Sequence record: DRR723986_2443
Reading direction: 5' to 3' (one strand)
Length of the DNA: 64,000 nt
A program made the position numbers and the translations under genes. Shown in pieces: positions 56,976-64,000 of this stretch (positions are counted from its first letter, which is position 1; every line of letters starts with the position of its first letter). The notes under the pieces are model-generated. The model made no database searches, had not been told where the DNA came from, and worked only from the letters and a program-made list of their open reading frames with translations.

Positions 56976-58724
56976 ATGGTGATGACTGTTGATGAGCTGG
57001 AAACTGCTCTTTCAATTTCGGCCCCTGATGATGCGCGCTTGGTTGTTGATGATTGCAGGCGGTTAACAGGCCCTGGCCTTTTGTGGAAGACATATGGCGC
57101 TATTTTGGACTTGTTTGTCTCAGAAGACATCGACAAGAACGCTGTCGCGGAAGTTTGGGCGGAAGAGGCGCGGCGCACCCTTGATGATGTTGGCTGGTGG
57201 GCTGAAAAAACTATCGCTAGACAGTTCGAAAATGGTTTGAATTTGGCCATTTCAGCGCCGATTGATCAGCTCTATTCCGCTATTTTTGTGGCGCAAATTG
57301 CTTGGCATTTCACAGCACATCGTATGCTCGGAACAGAGCCAGATGATAGAACCAAAATGATTGCCGACGTACGCGGCGTTATGCGCGAGGAGGCCAACCC
57401 GGCGTTGGTGGCGCTGCAAAAAGAAGCGGACATCCGGGCGATTGATTTTCTTAGCGACGATGATCACGTTTCGCTTGGTCACGGTATTGGCTCGAAGACT
57501 TGGCCGGTGCGAGACTTGCCTGCTTTTGATGATATTCCCTGGAACAAGTTGCATAATTTACCGGTTGCGCTGATCACAGGCACCAACGGCAAGTCAACCA
57601 GTGTGCGCTTGTCAGCCGCCATTGGTGAGGCTGCCGGTATTGTCTCTGGCACCACATCAACGGATTATGTGAAAATTGGCGATGATATCTTGGATTACGG
57701 AGATTATTCCGGCCCCGGCGGCGCGCGCATGTTGCTGCGTGACAAACGCCTACAGTTAGCGTTTCTGGAAGTAGCCCGCGGCGGTATCCTTCGGCGAGGC
57801 CTGCCATTGCGTCAGGCGCAGGCGGCCATGGTGACCAACATTGCAGCGGATCATTTGGGCCAATACGGCGTGAATACGGTTGAGGCGTTGGCGGATGCAA
57901 AGTTTGCCGTTGCCCGCACTTTGGCATCGGACGGCACGCTTGTGCTCAACGCCGATGACCCGCTTGTGGTCAACAATGGTTTGAAAGCTGAGCGCAAAGT
58001 GTGCTGGTTCTCACTCAACCCTGAAAACCCGCGAATTATTGCCGCTCGGGCCTCCGGCGGCCTTTGCTGTTGGCTAGATGGCGGCATAATTCACTATTTT
58101 GACGGCTCAACTGCTACCACTGTTCTTGCTGCCGCAGACGCACCGATCACCATGGGCGGCCTTGCCCGCTTTAACATTCGCAATGTGATGGGAGCCTTGT
58201 GTTTGAGTAAGGCGCTGGGCATTTCAGATGCTGCCATTATGAAAGGTCTCACGTCTTTTGAAAGCAAGCCGGAGGATAACCCGGGTCGTTGTAACGAGTT
58301 TCAGGCCAAAGACGCGCGTATTTTCGTTGATTTTGCGCATAACCCCCATTCGGTTGAGGCGGTATCGGAAGCGCTTGCGCATATGCCGTCTAAGCGTAAA
58401 TTTCTGCTCATTGGCCACGCGGGTGATAGGTCTGATCAGGATATCACGGACCTGACCAATAGCGCCCTGGCGTTCGAGCCCGATCAGGTTGTTATCGTTG
58501 AATTGGAAGAATATTTGCGGGGCCGTGCATTAGGCGAGGTGAGCGATATTATTGAAAAAGCATGTTTAGAAAACGGATTGAAAGCGAATGTGCTTAGACG
58601 AGCGGATAGTCCGCCAGCGGGTACAAAGCTCATCCTGGATGATTTGCAGCAAGATGATTTAGCCTTGCTTCTGGTGCTGGATCAACGCGATGCGGTTTTT
58701 GATCTATTGAAAGCCGCCGGATAG
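56976..58724 (+). CDS. CphA paralogue / Mur-ligase-family protein lacking the ATP-grasp core
   Basis: RRLTGPGL CphA-like N-terminus; SLGHG, then ITGTNGKST, EVARGG, NIAADHLG, LNADD, NPGR, DFAHNP. Confidence 0.85.
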   Translation: MVMTVDELETALSISAPDDARLVVDDCRRLTGPGLLWKTYGAILDLFVSEDIDKNAVAEVWAEEARRTLDDVGWWAEKTIARQFENGLNLAISAPIDQLYSAIFVAQIAWHFTAHRMLGTEPDDRTKMIADVRGVMREEANPALVALQKEADIRAIDFLSDDDHVSLGHGIGSKTWPVRDLPAFDDIPWNKLHNLPVALITGTNGKSTSVRLSAAIGEAAGIVSGTTSTDYVKIGDDILDYGDYSGPGGARMLLRDKRLQLAFLEVARGGILRRGLPLRQAQAAMVTNIAADHLGQYGVNTVEALADAKFAVARTLASDGTLVLNADDPLVVNNGLKAERKVCWFSLNPENPRIIAARASGGLCCWLDGGIIHYFDGSTATTVLAAADAPITMGGLARFNIRNVMGALCLSKALGISDAAIMKGLTSFESKPEDNPGRCNEFQAKDARIFVDFAHNPHSVEAVSEALAHMPSKRKFLLIGHAGDRSDQDITDLTNSALAFEPDQVVIVELEEYLRGRALGEVSDIIEKACLENGLKANVLRRADSPPAGTKLILDDLQQDDLALLLVLDQRDAVFDLLKAAG

Positions 58725-58732
58725 TAATCGGG

Positions 58733-59632
58733 TCAGTCGCTGGGGTGAAAGGTTGTTGCTGACAATGCTCTGTCGGAGCTAACACTAGCGCGTTTCATGC
58801 CGTCAGAATTATAGGCCATGATAATGTCACCAGCTTTGTTAATGGCAATAACACCGCCGTCACCGCCCAGACTTTTAACATCGTCCAGCATACGCCAAAC
58901 GGCTTGTTGCAGTGTATCACCAGCCATTTCAATGGCATTTGCAATTTTACCAGCGCCGCCAGCCAAAATGTAATATTCGCCAATACCTGTGCAGGAAACA
59001 GCCACCTCAGTGTCGGCCCAGTTGCCGATGCCAGTTATGGGAGTGTCGCCCAAGCGGCCTTCTGGCTTGCCGAATACACCACCGGTGGAAGTTGCTGCGG
59101 CAAGTTTGCCTGCTGTGTCCAGGGCAACCGCGCCAACTGTACCATGTGAAAGTGTTTCGGTCTGGGTGTCCGCAAGGGTAGTGCCGTCTGGTAGGCGGTA
59201 ATAGTCACTGGCGTCATCTACAGTCGGAATACCTTGTGCTTTGGCGAATTTTGTTGCGCCTTCACCTGCCAGCATAACATAAGGCGTTTCATCCATAACG
59301 GCGCGCGCCGCACTTATTGGATGTTTGGTATCACGAATGGCCGCGACCGAACCTGCGTTTCTCATCGCACCGTCCATGATAGCCGCGTCCATTTCAACAT
59401 ACCCTGCGTTGTTCGTGGCTGACCCGCGCCCCGCTACATACAGGCCAGATGCTTCCATTTCTATGACCATTTTTTCAACCACATCAACGGCAGAAGAGCC
59501 GCCTGCGAGCATGTCTTCGCCGATTTTAGCAAGTCCAGCCAAATGGGCCTCGGCCGCCGAATAGTCACGGCCCTTAGTAGCGCCAGCACCACCGTGCAGG
59601 GCAAGAGCAAATTTTTGTGGTTTGTCTGTCAT
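58733..59632 (-). CDS. iaaA: Isoaspartyl peptidase / plant-type L-asparaginase
   Basis: [25 protein letters not shown] (Thr nucleophile), ATSTGG, GRLGDTP, SCTGIGE. Confidence 0.9.
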   Translation of the reverse strand: MTDKPQKFALALHGGAGATKGRDYSAAEAHLAGLAKIGEDMLAGGSSAVDVVEKMVIEMEASGLYVAGRGSATNNAGYVEMDAAIMDGAMRNAGSVAAIRDTKHPISAARAVMDETPYVMLAGEGATKFAKAQGIPTVDDASDYYRLPDGTTLADTQTETLSHGTVGAVALDTAGKLAAATSTGGVFGKPEGRLGDTPITGIGNWADTEVAVSCTGIGEYYILAGGAGKIANAIEMAGDTLQQAVWRMLDDVKSLGGDGGVIAINKAGDIIMAYNSDGMKRASVSSDRALSATTFHPSD

Positions 59633-59769
59633 GGTTGGGCAGCTTTCATTTCATTGTCGCTGTGTAATTATGCGTTTCTTTACAGTCTCGCACATCAGAA
59701 TTGAAGAGTTTGTTTAATCCAGCAACCACTTTATTGCGTTTAAAGAGCAACATATTGAAAGGCTATATA

Positions 59770-60171
59770 ATGAATTTTTTGAAAGCATACATTGGTGTCC
59801 TTATCGTTTTTGTGATTTTGGATGCAATTTGGCTGGGTGTGGTTGCGGTAGATTTCTACGCTGAGAACATCGGTCACTTGATGGCGGAAAATGTTAACTG
59901 GGGCGCAGCCGTTGTGTTTTATGCCATGTATATTGCCGGCATTGCCTATTTTATTAGTATTCCTGCAGGTGAAATTGGCAGCCTTAAAAAGGCCCTTATT
60001 AATGGCACGCTATTTGGTGTCATTGCATATGGTACTTATGACTTAACCAACTTCGCAACCCTGCGCGATTGGCCGTTAAACGTTGTGGTTTACGACATGA
60101 TATGGGGTGGTTTCATAACCGCATCTGCCGCTATCGGTGGTTTCTTCGCGGTGCGCAAAAAAGTAGCTTAA
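59770..60171 (+). CDS. DUF2177-like membrane protein
   Basis: LDAIWLG, AYGTYDLTNFATLRDWP, DMIWG. Confidence 0.85.
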   Translation: MNFLKAYIGVLIVFVILDAIWLGVVAVDFYAENIGHLMAENVNWGAAVVFYAMYIAGIAYFISIPAGEIGSLKKALINGTLFGVIAYGTYDLTNFATLRDWPLNVVVYDMIWGGFITASAAIGGFFAVRKKVA

Positions 60172-60198
60172 TCGGCGCTTTTCTAGGTAAACGCTTAT

Positions 60199-60234
60199 TG
60201 GGTGGCAGCCGTAGCTGCCGCCCATGTTTTCTTT
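60199..60234 (+). terminator. Rho-independent terminator
   Basis: TGGGTGGCAGC-CGTA-GCTGCCGCCCA stem-loop followed by TGTTTTCTTT, between convergent genes. Confidence 0.75.
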
Positions 60235-60243
60235 AAATCGCTA

Positions 60244-62271
60244 TTATTTTTTCCACTCTTTGAACCATTTATCCAGAATGGAAATGGTTCTAAGCATGTT
60301 GGAAGGAATGCTGGTGGTGCCGTGATATTCACCGTGAATAACCACAAGCTTGGTTGGCGTGCCCACCATTTTCAGCGCCGTATACATTTCTTCCGCTTGC
60401 GCGAGAGGTGTGCGCAAATCTTTATCGCCTGTCATAAAGAGTGTTGGCGTTTTGATGTGCGGTGCGCGCATCAAGGGGCTGTGCTTTAGCCAAAGTTCAG
60501 GGTTTTCCCACCAAGGTGTGCGGAAGCGTTTATTGCCCCACGCAATGATGTCGGCAGTACCAGCAAAGCTGATCCAGTTGATCACAGGGCAAAGTGCGGC
60601 TGCACCTGCAAAACGGTCCGTGTTACCAACAACCCATGTTGTAAGGACGCCGCCACCCGAGCAACCGGCCACATACATCTGGCTTTCGTCGATGTAGCCG
60701 CGATTAACCACGGTATCAACACCTGCCATCAGATCGTCAAAATCACGTCGGCCAGGATAGCGATTGTCGATTGCATTGGCGAAATCGGAGCCATAACCAA
60801 CAGAACCACGCGGGTTGGTATAAACCACCACATAGCCCTTGGCAGCAAGCGCTTGCCACATGAAGTTAAAGTTAACGCCGTACATGCCGTGCGGTCCGCC
60901 GTGGATATATAGCAGCATCGGATATTTTTTGCTGGCGTCAAAGTCAGGCGGGGTCATGACCCAGCCTTGCACCTTTGTGTCATCGCTGCTGTCATACCAG
61001 ATTTCTTCCAGTGCACCCGGTGTTATGCCCGCCATTACATCAGCATTTAGCGCGGTTAGCTGGGTCAGTTCGCCGTCTGACACATCGCCTATGGCCAGAT
61101 TATAATCTGTTGTCGAATCGCGGTAGCGACCAACAAATTTGCCTGCAGCGGTCATGCTTTCCAGCGTGATCATCTGTGGGCCTTCGGTAATAGCTTCCAA
61201 GCGGCCATTCATGCGCAAGCGCATAACCTGGCTTTCGCCCTTGGTGCGCGCGGCGAAATAAACCCGGTCACTGCGGCGGCTAAACATAAAGCCACCTGCA
61301 CCTGATGGCAGGTCGTTGTTGATCATCCGCTCGTTGGTGCCATCCATGTTAATGGCCCGTACTTCGTCAGTGCCGTATGTGGAAATGACATCAACTTTAC
61401 CGGCGTAAACAACAGTTGATCCATCAGGGCTAACCGCTGGCGAAGACCAATAGCCCTCTTGTTTGGTTAGCTGCGTAATTTCTTTGCTGGCAATATCAAG
61501 TTTATGAATGTGTGACGTATATTTGGCTTCTTCCACATCGCCTGCGGGGCCGTTACCGTCAAAAATGATAGAACTGCCGTCCGGCGTGAAAGCATAAGCT
61601 GCGTTACCGACCATGCCGGAAAAACGCGACACTGTGTGCCAGCGGCCTTCAGTAAGTTGGCGGGCCGTACCGCCTTCAGATGGCACGATAAACAGGTGGT
61701 CAAAACCGGAAATGGCACCAACTCGGTCTTGACGGTAATGCAGGCTGTCAATCACGGTGGCGTTTTTAGTCCACTTTGCACCTTCTGGTGGTGCAGCAAT
61801 AGTGAATTTCCATTCACTGGATGCTGGCACGCGCGACCGGAAGGCAATTGAGCTGCCATCTGGTGACCAGCGGATCATTTTGGGTGGGTTCTGGTCGTGC
61901 GTTAACTGGCTAACCGCGCCTTCATCGTCCATCCAGCGCACAAAAATTTGAGCAGTGCCATCATCGGCTTGCGCCACATAGGCAACACGGTCACCACTCG
62001 GAGACCAGCGCATGCCGCCGCCTTTCACCAGAAAACGGTTCTTGCTGCCGTTTGCATTCATCAACCAAATTTCCGAGGACCATTTGTCTTCCATTTGATC
62101 GACGCGGGAGCGGACATACAAAATTTGATTGCCGTCTGGCGACAATTGCGCCCCGCTAACCCGTTCCCAGTTCATGTAAATTTCTGGTTTAATTGTGTCA
62201 GCAGATGCGGTGAAAAATCCGGCAGATACCAACATCAACGCGGTGCCCACCGCACGTAATATTTGCAACAT
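60244..62271 (-). CDS. S9 (prolyl oligopeptidase/acylaminoacyl peptidase) family peptidase, exported
   Basis: Beta-propeller repeats (WSPSG, WSPDG); IHGGPH, NPRGSVGYG, GCSGGG nucleophile, DLRT, EYHG. Confidence 0.92.
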   Translation of the reverse strand: MLQILRAVGTALMLVSAGFFTASADTIKPEIYMNWERVSGAQLSPDGNQILYVRSRVDQMEDKWSSEIWLMNANGSKNRFLVKGGGMRWSPSGDRVAYVAQADDGTAQIFVRWMDDEGAVSQLTHDQNPPKMIRWSPDGSSIAFRSRVPASSEWKFTIAAPPEGAKWTKNATVIDSLHYRQDRVGAISGFDHLFIVPSEGGTARQLTEGRWHTVSRFSGMVGNAAYAFTPDGSSIIFDGNGPAGDVEEAKYTSHIHKLDIASKEITQLTKQEGYWSSPAVSPDGSTVVYAGKVDVISTYGTDEVRAINMDGTNERMINNDLPSGAGGFMFSRRSDRVYFAARTKGESQVMRLRMNGRLEAITEGPQMITLESMTAAGKFVGRYRDSTTDYNLAIGDVSDGELTQLTALNADVMAGITPGALEEIWYDSSDDTKVQGWVMTPPDFDASKKYPMLLYIHGGPHGMYGVNFNFMWQALAAKGYVVVYTNPRGSVGYGSDFANAIDNRYPGRRDFDDLMAGVDTVVNRGYIDESQMYVAGCSGGGVLTTWVVGNTDRFAGAAALCPVINWISFAGTADIIAWGNKRFRTPWWENPELWLKHSPLMRAPHIKTPTLFMTGDKDLRTPLAQAEEMYTALKMVGTPTKLVVIHGEYHGTTSIPSNMLRTISILDKWFKEWKK

Positions 62272-62378
62272 ATAACCCTCCCTTAATTTAGATAAGGCAT
62301 TGACTATAGTTTATTTTGGCCGGATTGTCTTGATGATGGTCAAAAAAATTATGCGCTTCACTTGAATAGGGGGTTTCG

Positions 62379-64000
62379 ATGAAAAAGATTTTAATAGTGG
62401 CTCTGGCCGTTCTGGCAATTGTAGGCGGGCTGTATCTTACGAATGAAACTCCGGATACAACGGTTGAATATGACCTTATTGTGAAAAATGGCACTGTTTA
62501 TGACGGCAGTGGCGGCGCAGCCCTTGATGCAGACATCGCGGTTTTGGGCGATAAGATTGTTAAGATGGGTGACCTTGGTAATGCAACGGCTAAACAGGTT
62601 ATTGATGCGGGCGGTAAAGCAGTGGCACCTGGATTTATTAATGTTCTTAGCTGGGCAACAGAAACCTTGCTTGTTGATGGGCGAGGGCAAAGTGATATCC
62701 GCCAAGGTGTAACCACAGAGGTGTTCGGCGAAGGCTGGTCAATGGGACCTTTGAACGCTGAAATGATGCAAACCGCCAAAGAGCAACAAGGCGACCTGAA
62801 GTTTGATATAGCCTGGACCAGCCTTGGTGACTATTTGATGCACCTACAGACCAAAGGCGTCTCGCCCAATGTGGCGTCTTTTATGGGCGCAACAACGGCG
62901 CGCATTCACGTACTTGGTTATGAAGACCGCAAGGCAACAACATCTGAGATTGAGCGGATGCAAGAGTTGGTGGCGGAAGCCATGGAAGAAGGGGCATTGG
63001 GCATTGGGTCATCGCTTATCTATGCGCCGTCGTCCTATGCTGATACCGCAGAATTAATCGCTTTAATGCAAACCGCATCCAGCTACGGCGGCATGTATAT
63101 TTCTCACATGCGCAGTGAAGGCGATAGGTTTGAAGAAGCGGTTGAGGAGTTGATTACCATTGCCCGTGAAACCAATGCGCCAGCCGAAATATACCACTTG
63201 AAAGCGGCGGGTAAATCAAACTGGCATAAGATGGACAAAGTGATTGCCATGATTGAGGCTGCACGCGCCGAGGGCCTGCAAATTACCGCTGATATGTATA
63301 CCTATACCGCCGGTGCCACCGGCCTTGACGCCATGATGCCACCAAGCGTGCAGGCGGGCGGATATGATGCGTGGGCAGAACGGTTGCAAGACCCGCTTAT
63401 TCGCGAACGATTGATTGCAGAAATTTCCGTTCCGCAGGATGGTTGGGAAAACCTGTATTTGGCGGCTGGCGGTGCAGATGGTTTGCTATTGCTTGGCTTT
63501 AAAAATGAAGAGCTTAAGCCCCTGACCGGCAAAACACTGGCTGAGGTGGCTGCCATGCGCGGCAAAGGGCCAATTGAAACTGCAATGGATTTGGTTGTGG
63601 AAGATGGCAGCAGGGTTGGCACTGCCTATTTCATTATGTCGGAAGATAATATTGTTAAGAAAATTCAACAGCCATGGATGAGCTTTGGCTCAGATGCTGG
63701 CGCCCCGGCGACCGAGCTACCCTTCACACTCAGTGGTAATCACCCTCGTGCTTACGGTAATTTTGCCCGGGTATATGCCAAATATGTGCGCGAAGAGGGT
63801 GTGCTAACGCTGGCAGAAGCTGTGCGCAAAATGACGTCACTACCAGCAGAAAACCTGAAACTGCGGGAACGTGGCAGGTTAAAAGAAGGGTATTTTGCTG
63901 ATATTGTGGTCTTTGACCCAGCAACCATTCAAGATCATTCGGTGTTTGATAACCCGCATCAATATTCAACCGGTGTTAACCATGTGGTTGTCAACGGTGT
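62379..64000 (+). CDS. N-acyl-D-amino-acid deacylase-like amidohydrolase, 3'-truncated by window edge (absent from ORF track)
   Basis: Hand-translated segments in one frame from ATG 62379: MKKILIVALAVLAIV..YDLIVKNGTVYDGSG..APGFINVLSW..QGVTTEVFGEG..SHMRSE..EIYHLK..FGSDA..HPRAYG..HVVVNG. Confidence 0.9.
   Translation, partial: MKKILIVALAVLAIVGGLYLTNETPDTTVEYDLIVKNGTVYDGSGGAALDADIAVLGDKIVKMGDLGNATAKQVIDAGGKAVAPGFINVLSWATETLLVDGRGQSDIRQGVTTEVFGEGWSMGPLNAEMMQTAKEQQGDLKFDIAWTSLGDYLMHLQTKGVSPNVASFMGATTARIHVLGYEDRKATTSEIERMQELVAEAMEEGALGIGSSLIYAPSSYADTAELIALMQTASSYGGMYISHMRSEGDRFEEAVEELITIARETNAPAEIYHLKAAGKSNWHKMDKVIAMIEAARAEGLQITADMYTYTAGATGLDAMMPPSVQAGGYDAWAERLQDPLIRERLIAEISVPQDGWENLYLAAGGADGLLLLGFKNEELKPLTGKTLAEVAAMRGKGPIETAMDLVVEDGSRVGTAYFIMSEDNIVKKIQQPWMSFGSDAGAPATELPFTLSGNHPRAYGNFARVYAKYVREEGVLTLAEAVRKMTSLPAENLKLRERGRLKEGYFADIVVFDPATIQDHSVFDNPHQYSTGVNHVVVNG

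Noticed and set aside
56976-58724. Calling this gene cphA2 or a peptidoglycan murE/murF
   Set aside because: CphA2 retains the ATP-grasp domain, which is deleted here; the N-terminus is CphA-like and no dcw genes are nearby
1-64000. CRISPR arrays, IS/integrase, prophage, tRNA/rRNA, sigma54 promoters
   Set aside because: No repeat-spacer pattern, mobility genes or suitable non-coding space seen; candidate GG/GC pairs (e.g. near 13452, 37672) lack correct -24/-12 spacing. Manual inspection only.

Overview
Dense, ordinary-looking bacterial chromosome (~51 CDS), probably from a marine alphaproteobacterium; that is inferred from gene content (PuuD/PuuE, PutR-PutA, class GN sortase, glpSTPQUV-like transporter). 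I saw no rRNA, tRNA, CRISPR array, transposase or phage genes. Blocks in order: (1) AraC regulator plus an acyclic-terpene (atu-like) catabolic operon with an embedded GST; (2) a complete guanine/xanthine-to-glyoxylate purine catabolism cluster around a GntR regulator with candidate operators; (3) exported M17 peptidase, orphan TlpA, guaD; (4) class GN sortase plus a VIT-vWA target with a non-canonical sorting motif; (5) formamidase-like hydrolase and kynureninase; (6) glpSTPQU..V-like ABC transporter split by two inserted genes; (7) acylase and DUF6151-like protein; (8) a divergent four-gene module: exported truncated globin, DUF3034-like outer-membrane barrel, type-1 copper protein and membrane c-di-GMP phosphodiesterase; (9) M24 peptidase, putR-putA, APC permease, orphan BtuF-like protein; (10) cyanophycin locus cphB-cphA, a CphA paralogue lacking the ATP-grasp core, and an isoaspartyl peptidase; (11) DUF2177-like protein, S9 peptidase and a D-aminoacylase-like gene running off the window end. 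The best candidates for an undescribed system are block 8 and the CphA paralogue in block 10. Family calls rest on my recognition of motifs; no searches were run.
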